Shown here piece by piece: positions 1 through 9,052 of a stretch of DNA of 64,000 nucleotides. The position numbers and the translations under genes are program-made. The stretch comes from Candidatus Bathyarchaeia archaeon (GTDB taxonomy: Archaea; Thermoproteota; Bathyarchaeia; Bathyarchaeales; Bathycorpusculaceae). Each line of letters begins with the position of its first letter. Within the stretch, counting starts at the first letter, position 1. A model generated the notes under the pieces. The model did no database searches and was not told the origin of the DNA. It saw only the letters and a program-made list of their open reading frames with translations. The stretch is from NCBI GenBank assembly GCA_038882955.1, contig JAVZNC010000001.1, positions 309,775-373,774 of the forward strand. The letters are read 5' to 3'.

Positions 1-983
1 GGAAGCCCGTTTCGTTCAACATTAACCACGTAGTCGCCGACATCCGCCACGTTAAGTGGAAGACCGCGGCTTATTCTTGCACTTAGAAATTTGTTGAAGA
101 GGTATGCTTGATACGCTTGTATAAAGAGCCGCAAAAGCTTGTTTGGTAGTCGCCTAAACGCTCCCACGTAGTCTTCTGGCTTTTTGGCTAAGTGCTCAAG
201 CATTAAGCGTTCAAAACGTAGGCTTCGCGGAAAAATTTTTAGGGCTTTCCGGAAGTCTTGCGTAGCCAATAAAGCTTCTCTTGCTTGCCTCGATTCTGGA
301 TGCTCGTATTTACTTGTTTTTGCAAGAAAAAGCATCGCTGCTTTCCTAAATTTTCCTTGAATTAAGGCTTTACCAACAAGATGCGTTATTGGGCGGACTG
401 TGCCGAACCGCTGGTGACCGAAAAAGTTTGGAACTCCACCCAAAGCTTCAATTTCTTCGATGGTCTTCTCTATTCGCGTTTTCACTGCGCTCTGCGAGTG
501 CCTCACCATTCTGACAATGATGTTGAAGTCGTTGCCCAAGAGAAAGTACGGAGAGATTTTACCCTTAAAATATCCAACATTGCGGATTTCTATGCCGCTA
601 ACTTTAACTTTGGAGAGATTTTCAGCATGTACATCTTCAATCGTGATGAATTGGGCGGTTAGGGCTTTTGCATCTTTTATTCCGGCAATCTGAATGCGCG
701 TAGGACTTATGTCTAACTGTCTGGCAATGGCTTTAACAGCCAAAAAATTGTCCCAGTTCCGCTTAACCAAAACGCACAGCAGATGGCGCGTTTCTATATT
801 TGAAAGGTTAAAAGTTTTGGTTTCGCCAGTTTTAGGCGATGCCACTTTAGCCCTTGAACCGTCAATAAGCACCTCTTCAACAACGAAATCTTCAGGAAAA
901 AGTTTGAGGACGCCGCCTATACCATTTGAGCGCGTGGCATAAACCTCAATTCCGATAAGCTTCTCAACCCTTGGAACAAGCAA
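1..983 (-). CDS. truD: tRNA pseudouridine(13) synthase TruD (3' end runs off window)
   Basis: Hand translation from TTG at 983: MLVPRVEKLIGIEVYATRSNGIGGVLKLFPEDFVVEE...GGVPNFFGHQRFG...QAYQAYLFN, all TruD motifs; absent from the ORF track because no stop falls in the window. Confidence 0.9.
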   Translation of the reverse strand, partial: MLVPRVEKLIGIEVYATRSNGIGGVLKLFPEDFVVEEVLIDGSRAKVASPKTGETKTFNLSNIETRHLLCVLVKRNWDNFLAVKAIARQLDISPTRIQIAGIKDAKALTAQFITIEDVHAENLSKVKVSGIEIRNVGYFKGKISPYFLLGNDFNIIVRMVRHSQSAVKTRIEKTIEEIEALGGVPNFFGHQRFGTVRPITHLVGKALIQGKFRKAAMLFLAKTSKYEHPESRQAREALLATQDFRKALKIFPRSLRFERLMLEHLAKKPEDYVGAFRRLPNKLLRLFIQAYQAYLFNKFLSARISRGLPLNVADVGDYVVNVERNGL

Positions 984-994
984 ACATTAAACCT

Positions 995-1360
995 CTAAAG
1001 AAGCGGAAGCAAACCAGTTATTTTGTCCACCTCTTCGGCTGGTGCTGGTCCAATTCCTAGACAGGTTATTGTTCCAGGCGGAACTTCTGTTAAGCCCCTA
1101 TCAACTATTAGGGCGCATGGCAAGGCGAGTTCTTTCGCTTTCTTTTCCAAATCCAGAAGCTCTTTTTCGCTTTTCACTTTAACTGCTATCTTGCACTGTC
1201 CCTCGTTTATCCAAGCCTTCCACCACGCTTGATGCTTTTTGCGGGCTTCTTCAGCTGCTGAAACTGCTGCGTGTCCAGCTTGCGCTGCAATCTTGCCCTT
1301 GCTCAATTTTAGGTCGGAACGAAAAACTATGACTTGCTTGTAGCGAAATTCGGACATCAC
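995..1360 (-). CDS. pth2: peptidyl-tRNA hydrolase Pth2
   Basis: KQVIVFRSDLKLSKGKIAAQAGHA, GQCKIAVK, DRGLTEVPPGTITCLGIGP motifs. Confidence 0.95.
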   Translation of the reverse strand: MMSEFRYKQVIVFRSDLKLSKGKIAAQAGHAAVSAAEEARKKHQAWWKAWINEGQCKIAVKVKSEKELLDLEKKAKELALPCALIVDRGLTEVPPGTITCLGIGPAPAEEVDKITGLLPLL

Positions 1361-1399
1361 GCTTACCGCCGTCTCTGTCAGTTCTGCCGTTCAAACATT

Positions 1400-2632
1400 T
1401 TAAAGCTTCGCAGAAAAGTATAGCGCAAAAAAAGCGAAGAGCGCCTGCAAAATTTTGGGTTTTGGCACTAGCTTCAGTAAGGCTTTTCCTTGAAAATCCA
1501 AGTCGCTAAAACTACGCAAATCTTCATCCAAACCGAGCCTAACACAAGTTTTAACCAAAGAGTCCAGTTTCTCGTCGGAAATCGCATCGAGCATTCGCCT
1601 AACCCTAAACATAAAACTCACGTCAAAACCAAAACTTCTTTTAAAACGTTTCTGGTAATCGCCCAAGAACTTGGCTGAAACATCATCTGCAAGCAACGCC
1701 TCAAGCGCTGTTCCAGCCGCAATTTTTGCGCAATTCATGCCGAGAATTATGCCGCCGCCAGTAGTGGGTTTCACTTGTGAAGCTGCATCGCCAACAGCCA
1801 AAAAGCCGTTGGAAAATGTTTTCGGAATGAATCCTCCAAGCGGTATTAGATGAAAAGCAGTATGCAGTATTTTCGCTGACTTTAACGCTTTTGAGGCAAC
1901 AGGATGCTTTGACACAAAGCGATGTAAAAGTTCTTTTGGGTTTCCCTGTTTAGCGGCTAATCCAACCTTCGCTGTTCCATCCTTTCGTGGGATAATCCAC
2001 GCGTAAAATCCAAGGGCGTAGGTGCTTCCAAGAAAAACTTGGACGCTGTCCGTTTCAACATCATGCAAACCTTCAACTTCAGCGTTTACCCCATTAACCA
2101 GCATAGACGCATCGGCGCACTTCAACCCAGTCTGCCTTAAAATTCTCGCTGATACGCCTTCAGCGTCAACCACAATTTTTGCATGTTCACTTTTGCTGTT
2201 TCCATTTACGCTAAACTTTACGCCTTTAACATAACCATCTTCAATAATTAAGGACTCTGCACGCGTGTTCAAATGGTATTCTACACGGTGAGCCTTTGCC
2301 AGTTCTGCAATATGCCTGTCGAAAAGGGCACGATTGACAACGCATGTTGAGGGTTTCTGAAAGTGAACAGCAAATTCCACGCCATTCGGCGAATAAAATT
2401 TTGCTCCACAAAAAGTGTTTTCCACAACTTTTGCTGGAAGCGGAAGCAAACCCAAATCGCTTAAGCCTTTAAGGCTTACATGACCACTACAGTGCGCTGG
2501 AAAGCCTATTTCACCGTGCTCTTCAAAGACCTTTACACGTACGCCGTGCTTCGCTAGGTTGAGCGCCGCAAATGAACCACATGGTCCGCCGCCGATAACT
2601 ATTACTTCTGCGGATGAACTCATCAAAAGCAC
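1400..2632 (-). CDS. geranylgeranyl reductase family FAD oxidoreductase
   Basis: GGGPCG Rossmann motif, DAEG, YAWIIP, VGDAASQVKPTTGGGI. Confidence 0.85.
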   Translation of the reverse strand: MLLMSSSAEVIVIGGGPCGSFAALNLAKHGVRVKVFEEHGEIGFPAHCSGHVSLKGLSDLGLLPLPAKVVENTFCGAKFYSPNGVEFAVHFQKPSTCVVNRALFDRHIAELAKAHRVEYHLNTRAESLIIEDGYVKGVKFSVNGNSKSEHAKIVVDAEGVSARILRQTGLKCADASMLVNGVNAEVEGLHDVETDSVQVFLGSTYALGFYAWIIPRKDGTAKVGLAAKQGNPKELLHRFVSKHPVASKALKSAKILHTAFHLIPLGGFIPKTFSNGFLAVGDAASQVKPTTGGGIILGMNCAKIAAGTALEALLADDVSAKFLGDYQKRFKRSFGFDVSFMFRVRRMLDAISDEKLDSLVKTCVRLGLDEDLRSFSDLDFQGKALLKLVPKPKILQALFAFFALYFSAKL

Positions 2633-2654
2633 TTGAAAGTTTTGTTTAGCGCTT

Positions 2655-2882
2655 TTATGTTAAGATTTCAACTCGCCTTTTCCCACGAGTCATCGAGGTA
2701 ACACGCACTTTCCCGCCGATCTCTAAACGCATCAGAAGCTTGTTGAAGTCCTTAAACCCTAAATCCTCAAACTCTTCGCCTAACACTTCAAAAAGTTCAT
2801 CGTCTGTCATGGCACCCTTCTTCCGCAGAATCTCCAGTAAAACGAATTCGGCTGGATGCGTCTTCCAAGTCTTAACGGGCAA
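2655..2882 (-). CDS. small winged-helix protein, cotranscribed with cdc48
   Basis: 75 aa helix-helix-helix-wing pattern (LMRLEIGGKVRV); 14 bp downstream of cdc48. Confidence 0.6.
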   Translation of the reverse strand: MPVKTWKTHPAEFVLLEILRKKGAMTDDELFEVLGEEFEDLGFKDFNKLLMRLEIGGKVRVTSMTRGKRRVEILT

Positions 2883-2896
2883 TGTTCACGCTTCTC

Positions 2897-5077
2897 CTAG
2901 GCAACTGGGGTTGCCGGTTTTTGCACAACGCGGACTTGCTGCATAAAGCCCTTATACCATTTCTCCATGTCCGGCGTAATGGAAGGACCAATCTTCTTCA
3001 GTGCTTCTTGGAAATCAACTATGGAAACTTCCTTCGCGTTCACGTCTCTTCGCAAGGCGTGCATCGCTGCTTCTCTGCACAACGCTTCAATATCAGCGCC
3101 AGAATAGTTCTTCGTCATCGCAACAAGCTGGTTTAGGTCAACGTCTTTGGCTAGCGGCATGTTCTTCGTGTAAATCTTGAATATCTGTAGGCGACTTTTC
3201 TCATCTGGCTCTGGCACATATATTAGCCGATCAAACCTTCCAGGGCGAAGAACGGCGGGGTCAACAATGTCTGGTCTGTTTGTGGCTGCTATCACGACTA
3301 TGTCCTCCAGAGTGACTATGCCGTCCATTTCCGTCAAGAGTTGGCTTATGACGCGTTCTGTTACGCCGCTGTCCGCGAAGCCCAAGCCCCTGCGTGGAAC
3401 AAGCGAGTCAATCTCGTCGAAGAATATTACCGCGGGCGCTGCCATTCTGGCTTTCCTGAAAACCTCACGTATTGCCTTTTCGGATTCCCCAACCCATTTG
3501 GAAAAGACCTCTGGACCCTTAATTGTTATGAAGTTAGCCTCGCTTTCGGTGGCAACAGCCCTAGCCAAAAGCGTCTTACCACAACCAGGCGGTCCATAAA
3601 GTAGGATGCCCTTTGGAGGCTTTATTCCTAGACGCTTGAATATGTCTGGGTTCTTCAGTGGCCATTCAACGGCTTCCTTAAGTTCTTGTTTAACTTCTTC
3701 CAGTCCGCCTATGTCTTCCCAGTGGACTGTTGGCACTTCAATGTAGACTTCACGCATGGCTGTCGGCGTAACCTCCTTGTAGGCGCTTATGAAATCTTCC
3801 ATTTTCACTTCCATCTTTTCCAGGACGCTTGGCGGTATGCGCTCCTCCTCCAAGTTAATTTGCGGCAAGTATCGGCGCAGAGCTTTCATGGCTGTTTCTC
3901 GGCATAAAGCCGCAAGGTCAGCTCCAGTATAACCATGAGTCATCTCAGCCAACTTTTTAAGGTCAACATCCTCTGCCAATGGCATACCACGCGTATGAAT
4001 CTGGAGAATCTCGTATCTCCCCTGCTTGTCTGGAACACCAATCTCAATTTCACGGTCGAATCTGCCAGGCCTACGAAGGGCTGGGTCAAGCGCGCCGGGA
4101 CGGTTTGTTGCGCCTATTACTATGACGTTTCCTCTCCCCGACAAACCGTCCATTAGGGCAAGGAGTTGCGCAACTACGCGCCTTTCAACTTCGCCTGTTA
4201 CTTCTTCGCGTTTTGGCGCTATTGCGTCCAGTTCGTCTATAAATATTATGCTCGGCGCGTTTTGTTGGGCTTGCTGGAAAATCTCTCTAAGTCTAGCCTC
4301 TGATTCACCGTAGAACTTACTCATAATTTCTGGACCGTTTATTGAGAAGAAGTTTGCTTCGGACTCATTTGCAACAGCCCTAGCCAAAAGCGTCTTACCA
4401 CAACCAGGCGGTCCGTGAAGTAATACGCCTTTTGGCGGTTCTATGCCTAACCTCTGGAAAAGTTCTGGATGCCTCAGTGGAAGTTCAACCATTTCCCTAA
4501 CTCTTTGGATTTCCTCGTGCAGTCCGCCTATGTCCTCGTATGTTGTTCTCGGCAAGCCTTTTCCTTCTGGTGCCGGCTCATTCAAAATTGTTAGCCTTGT
4601 TTCTTGCGTGACTTTTATTATGCCGTGCGGGCGGGTTTTCGTTACTGTGAAGGGTATGGCGTGTCCGAGCATCATAACGAGAGTCGTGTCGCCCTCAACG
4701 AGGGTCCTCTCCATAAGGCGGTTCTTAACAAAATTTGTAAAATCCTCATCAACATTTAAACGCATGTCAACAGGCGCAAGGGTTACGCTTATTCCTTCCT
4801 TAACTTTAGCAGGTCTAACAATAACGTACTCGTTTATGGCTACTCCAGCGTTTTTGCGTGTAAAGCCGTCTATGCGTATTATGTCGCGGTTTTGGTCTTC
4901 GCTATAAGCCGGCCACGCTATGGCTGATGTTGTCCTTTTTCCTACGATTTCGATTACGTCGCCGGCGGATATGCCGAGCTTCTGCATTGCTCTTTGGTCT
5001 ATTCTGGCGATTCCTCTGCCTACATCCCTCTGTTTTGCGTCTCCAACGCGTAATTGTACTTCACTCAACCAGAACAC
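2897..5077 (-). CDS. cdc48: CDC48/VAT AAA+ ATPase
   Basis: N-domain [10 protein letters not shown]; two AAA modules with GPPGCGKT and Walker B FIDELD/FFDEID. Confidence 0.97.
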   Translation of the reverse strand: MFWLSEVQLRVGDAKQRDVGRGIARIDQRAMQKLGISAGDVIEIVGKRTTSAIAWPAYSEDQNRDIIRIDGFTRKNAGVAINEYVIVRPAKVKEGISVTLAPVDMRLNVDEDFTNFVKNRLMERTLVEGDTTLVMMLGHAIPFTVTKTRPHGIIKVTQETRLTILNEPAPEGKGLPRTTYEDIGGLHEEIQRVREMVELPLRHPELFQRLGIEPPKGVLLHGPPGCGKTLLARAVANESEANFFSINGPEIMSKFYGESEARLREIFQQAQQNAPSIIFIDELDAIAPKREEVTGEVERRVVAQLLALMDGLSGRGNVIVIGATNRPGALDPALRRPGRFDREIEIGVPDKQGRYEILQIHTRGMPLAEDVDLKKLAEMTHGYTGADLAALCRETAMKALRRYLPQINLEEERIPPSVLEKMEVKMEDFISAYKEVTPTAMREVYIEVPTVHWEDIGGLEEVKQELKEAVEWPLKNPDIFKRLGIKPPKGILLYGPPGCGKTLLARAVATESEANFITIKGPEVFSKWVGESEKAIREVFRKARMAAPAVIFFDEIDSLVPRRGLGFADSGVTERVISQLLTEMDGIVTLEDIVVIAATNRPDIVDPAVLRPGRFDRLIYVPEPDEKSRLQIFKIYTKNMPLAKDVDLNQLVAMTKNYSGADIEALCREAAMHALRRDVNAKEVSIVDFQEALKKIGPSITPDMEKWYKGFMQQVRVVQKPATPVA

Positions 5078-5153
5078 TTCCTTAAACGCGCGTATAGCAC
5101 GTTTCGAAACAGAGCCTCAATCCTATATAAATGTTTTAGACTCTAAGTTAAGG

Positions 5154-5429
5154 TTATCTACTTATTCTACGCACCATAACCGTTTGAACTTGGCTTATTT
5201 CGCTTATTCCCTCAAATCTTTTTTCAAGCTCATCGAGCACGCCAGTCTTGTCCTCTGGAAACTTTATATGCGCTATTAAGGCGTTTAATCCGAAGGCAAC
5301 TGGCTCTTCGCCATAGCCATAAACGGATGCGAATTCTGGAAGACACCCTTCAATCTTCTTTTTTAAATCTTCAAAGTTCACGGTTATGTCTGTTGGAAAA
5401 ATCTTGTACGAGACTATTACGCTTCCCAC
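5154..5429 (-). CDS. ef1b: elongation factor 1-beta
   Basis: EEPVAFGLNAL motif; start reassigned to GTG at 5429 with GGAGGT RBS upstream. Confidence 0.9.
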   Translation of the reverse strand: MGSVIVSYKIFPTDITVNFEDLKKKIEGCLPEFASVYGYGEEPVAFGLNALIAHIKFPEDKTGVLDELEKRFEGISEISQVQTVMVRRISR

Positions 5430-5451
5430 GTTTATACCTCCATCAATTATT

Positions 5452-5643
5452 TTATGGTCCAGTAAAGCCACATTTTGGACACTTATATGGACGACCAAAT
5501 TTTCTACATTTGCCACATCGTCTAATCACTATTTCGCCGCAGTTTGGACAAAGAAACTTTGTGGCTTCAGCTCCAGGCGGAATGGTTTTTCCACAACTTA
5601 TACACGTAACCAACGTTATTGTTGCTGCTTTCTCGGCCATCAC
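5452..5643 (-). CDS. DUF1610 zinc-ribbon protein (HVO_2753-like)
   Basis: CISCG...FLCPNCG...RCGKCR...[11 protein letters not shown]; conserved position upstream of EF-1beta. Confidence 0.9.
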   Translation of the reverse strand: MMAEKAATITLVTCISCGKTIPPGAEATKFLCPNCGEIVIRRCGKCRKFGRPYKCPKCGFTGP

Positions 5644-5760
5644 TATTCCTCAATGGTGGTTTCTCTAATTATCAAGCTCCCTTATAACTTATATGCTTCT
5701 GGCAGCGCTGAAAACGGCGTTTTCGCAAGTTTATTATCGCAGTTTTAATTCCTATATACG

Positions 5761-6816
5761 ATGAGGTTAGGGTTTTTGGGCGTAAACCTCCGTGAAATCG
5801 TTCCGAAAACGGTTGTTAGGCTCGAGGATTTGAGTGGAAAATCCATAGCGATAGACGCTTACAACGCCCTATACCAATTTTTGGCAATTATTCGCCAGCC
5901 AGACGGCACACCATTGAAGGATAACAGCGGCAGAGTTACAAGCCATTTGAGCGGGTTGCTTTATAGAACAAGCAACTTGGTGGAGATGGGAATAAAACCC
6001 ATATACGTTTTTGATGGAACACCGCCAGCGCTTAAGGAAATAGAGATAAAGAGACGCGTTAAAGCAAAGCAAGAAGCGCTAGTAAAGTATGAACAAGCCT
6101 TGAAGGAAGGCAAAATTGAAGAAGCGCGAATGTACGCGCAGGCAACATCAAGCTTAAAGGACTACATGGCTGAAGACAGCAAAAAGCTTTTGGATTTAAT
6201 GGGCATTCCGTGGATTCAAGCGCCAAGCGAAGGCGAAGCCCAAGCAGCCCACATTGTCAAGCGTGGAGACGCAGACTACTGCGCAAGCCAAGACTATGAC
6301 AGCTTGCTCTTCGGCGCACCTAGACTCGTGAGAAACGTTACAATTTCTGGAAGACGCAAACTTCCAGGCAAAAACGTGTTCATCGAAGTTGCGCCAGAAA
6401 TCGTTGAACTTGAAAGCGTTTTAAAAGAGTGCGGAATAACGTATGAGCAGTTAGTTGATGTTGGAATTTTGATTGGAACGGACTTTAACCCAGAAGGCGT
6501 GAAGGGGCTTGGACCCAAAACTGCGCTTAAATTGGTTAAGGAGTACGGAAGTCTCGAAAACGCTTTGCCGTACATTAAAAATGCCGAGTTCCCGGTGGAG
6601 CCAAAGCGCATCAAGGAGATTTTCTTAAACCCCAAAATTACAGACAATTATGAGCTAGAGTGGAGAGAGCCAGACGTTGAAGGCGTTGTCCGCTTTATCT
6701 GTGGCGAGAGGGATTTCTCCGAGGACCGCGTTAGAAAGGCGCTGGAGAAAATGCAGAAGGGAATTTCCAGACTCAGAGGGAAAACGACGTTGGAAAAGTG
6801 GTTTGGGCAACCTTAA
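5761..6816 (+). CDS. fen: flap endonuclease 1
   Basis: IAIDAYNALYQFL, APSEGEAQAA, SQDYDSLLFGAP, GTDFN; C-terminal PIP box KTTLEKWF. Confidence 0.97.
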   Translation: MRLGFLGVNLREIVPKTVVRLEDLSGKSIAIDAYNALYQFLAIIRQPDGTPLKDNSGRVTSHLSGLLYRTSNLVEMGIKPIYVFDGTPPALKEIEIKRRVKAKQEALVKYEQALKEGKIEEARMYAQATSSLKDYMAEDSKKLLDLMGIPWIQAPSEGEAQAAHIVKRGDADYCASQDYDSLLFGAPRLVRNVTISGRRKLPGKNVFIEVAPEIVELESVLKECGITYEQLVDVGILIGTDFNPEGVKGLGPKTALKLVKEYGSLENALPYIKNAEFPVEPKRIKEIFLNPKITDNYELEWREPDVEGVVRFICGERDFSEDRVRKALEKMQKGISRLRGKTTLEKWFGQP

Positions 6817-6877
6817 CCCTTATTAGACTATTCTGGGCAAAACTGTAAATTCAAACTTTTAACCGAAGGAGACGCAA

Positions 6878-8266
6878 ATGAACAGAGAAAAGCCGAATTT
6901 ACCAGAGCCTTTCAGGATAAAAATGGTTGAACGAATAAAGCTGCATCCACGAGAAATTAGAGAGAAACTCATCAGAGAAGCCGGCTATAACGTTTTCATG
7001 CTCAAAGCTGACGACGTCTTCATAGACCTTTTAACAGACAGCGGAACCTCAGCTATGAGTGATGAACAGTGGGCTGGAATGATAAAGACTAGGCAAGCAT
7101 ACGCTGGAAGCGAAAGCTACTATTCTCTGGAAAGGGCAGTGAAGGACATTTTTGGCTTCAAATACCTCATTCCAGTGCATCAAGGGAGGGCAGCTGAAAA
7201 CATACTCTTTTCCACGATGGTCTCTCCGGGCTGCTATGTTCCAAACAACATGCACTTTGACACGACAGAAGCCAACGTGCTTCTCAGAGGCGGCGTTCCA
7301 GTAAACCTGGTGGTTGAAGAAGCTTATGATACACAGAAAATTTCGCCTTTCAAAGGCAACATGGACGTTGAAAAGCTTGAGAGGTTCATAAAAGAGAAGA
7401 CTCCTGAAAAGATTCCGTTAATAATGATTACCATAACAAATAATAGTGCTGGCGGTCAGCCGGTTTCCATGCAGAACATAAGGGCGGTCAGCGAAACTGC
7501 AAGAAAATATGGAATCCCGTTCTTTATAGATGCTTGCCGATTTGCCGAAAACTGTTTCTTAATCAAAATGCGAGAGGAAGGATATCAAAACAAGAGTGTA
7601 AAAGAGATCGCGCGAGAACTCTTTTCCTACGCCGACGGTTGCACATTCAGCGGCAAGAAGGAGGCGCTTACAAACATAGGCGGAATGTTGTGCACAAACA
7701 TAGAAGAGCTTTATGAGAAGTTCAAAACCTTGGCAATAACAATCGAAGGCTTCATAACATACGGCGGATTGGCATGCCGAGAACTTGAGGCAATGGCTGT
7801 AGGCTTGTATGAAGCGATAGACGAAGAATACCAAGCGTACAGGCATCATCAAATAGAATTTTTCGCAAAGCTTCTACGAGACGGAGGCGTGCCCATAGTT
7901 GAGCCTCCCGGTGGACATGCTGTTTACGTGGACGCGAAAAAGTTTCTGCCGCACATACCGCCAGAACAGTTTCCAGGGCAGGCGTTGGTTGTTCAGCTTT
8001 ACATTGAGGCGGGGGTCAGAGCTGTGGAGTTGGGAAGCTCATGCTTCGGAAAGGTCGACGAGAAAACTGGAAAATTTATTCCAGCCAGAATGGAGCTTGT
8101 GCGACTTTCAATTCCTAGAAGAGTTTACACGGACAATCATTTGAGGTATGTGGCTGAAAGTTTGATAAGACTGTATGAGAAGAGGGAACATATAAAAGGC
8201 TTGAAACGTGTTTACGCGCCTAAACTGTTGGGACACTTCACAGCGAGGTTTGAACCAGTAAGCTAA
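6878..8266 (+). CDS. tnaA: tryptophanase (beta-eliminating PLP lyase)
   Basis: PEPFRIKMVE, DLLTDSGT, HQGRAAE, SGKK (PLP Lys); FDTT, VELG and HFTA match tryptophanase rather than tyrosine phenol-lyase (FTTT/ERG/FFTA). Confidence 0.8.
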   Translation: MNREKPNLPEPFRIKMVERIKLHPREIREKLIREAGYNVFMLKADDVFIDLLTDSGTSAMSDEQWAGMIKTRQAYAGSESYYSLERAVKDIFGFKYLIPVHQGRAAENILFSTMVSPGCYVPNNMHFDTTEANVLLRGGVPVNLVVEEAYDTQKISPFKGNMDVEKLERFIKEKTPEKIPLIMITITNNSAGGQPVSMQNIRAVSETARKYGIPFFIDACRFAENCFLIKMREEGYQNKSVKEIARELFSYADGCTFSGKKEALTNIGGMLCTNIEELYEKFKTLAITIEGFITYGGLACRELEAMAVGLYEAIDEEYQAYRHHQIEFFAKLLRDGGVPIVEPPGGHAVYVDAKKFLPHIPPEQFPGQALVVQLYIEAGVRAVELGSSCFGKVDEKTGKFIPARMELVRLSIPRRVYTDNHLRYVAESLIRLYEKREHIKGLKRVYAPKLLGHFTARFEPVS

Positions 8267-8269
8267 AAA

Positions 8270-8979
8270 TTACATCCGGTGTCCATAGCGTCCAGTGAGT
8301 GGAACGAAGGCTACTCCGCCGAGGTTTTCCTCCTTCAGTTTTCCATCTGCAATTTTTGTGACTTTTATTAGGTTTTGGAATAGGTGGATGCTTCCAACGG
8401 GGATTAGCATTATTCCGTTTGGCTTTAGCTGCTCAATTAGTGGTTGTGGAATTGAAGGAGCAGCCGCGGTTACTAGGATTCTGTCATAGGGTGCCTTTTC
8501 TGGGTACCCTAACGAGCCATCTGCACAGATTATTGTTACGCGGTCGCCGTATCCAGCGTTCATGATGTTTTTTCTTGCAAATTCAGCTAGTCCTTGAATG
8601 ATTTCAACGGTGTAGACGTGGCCCCACTCGCTTCGTGGCGCGTTGCTTGGCGCAACTGTTTCGGCTATTGTTGCTGCGTGCCACCCGCTTCCAGCGCCTA
8701 TTTCAAGCACTTTTTGTCCTACTTCCAATTGTAGGGCTTCATTCATTATTGAAACCATGTTTCGCCTAGCTCAGCCTTTGCGCTGAGGCTATGTGGCGCG
8801 GATATTGTCTGCCCAAAACCAATTGGAAGAGGCGTGTCCACGGCGCTGTAGGACTGCATGTTTTCTGGGAGAAACTTTGCCCTTGGAAGCATTTGCATTG
8901 CCCTTATCACGTTTGGCGAGCGGAGGATTCCCTCCCTTTTTAGACTTTCGATAAGCCTTTTCCAGTCTTCATCAACCAA
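8270..8979 (-). CDS. pcm: protein-L-isoaspartate O-methyltransferase, intron-split: join(complement 8793..8979, 8270..8760), 225 aa
   Basis: Exon 1 ends DTPLPIGFGQTISAP; exon 2 continues HMVSIMNEAL...VLEIGAGSGW...APYDRILVTAA...FVPLTG; 187+491=678 nt in frame after removing 32 nt. Confidence 0.9.
8761..8792 (-). other. 32-nt bulge-helix-bulge (EndA-type) mRNA intron
   Basis: mRNA: CCG CGCC AC^A UAGCCUCAGC GCAAAG GCUGAGCUA GGCG AA^A CAUGG; 4-bp helix CGCC/GGCG, two 3-nt bulges and a 9-bp intron stem. Confidence 0.85.
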
Positions 8980-9052
8980 ATTTTGGCACCAAATCTAATA
9001 GGCGCAGAGCACGCTTTTAACATATTTGCCTAAAGTAAATTCGAAGTGAAAC

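Noticed and set aside
5101-5110. GTTTCGAAAC palindrome at the cdc48 promoter and TCTCA-A-TGAGA at the thermosome promoter as a shared heat-shock operator
   Set aside because: Both are short and unlike each other; chance occurrence is plausible
8270-8979. pcm as a simple frameshifted pseudogene, two genes, or programmed frameshift
   Set aside because: The break is a discrete 32-nt structured insert whose BHB cut sites restore the motif exactly, and both halves are otherwise intact
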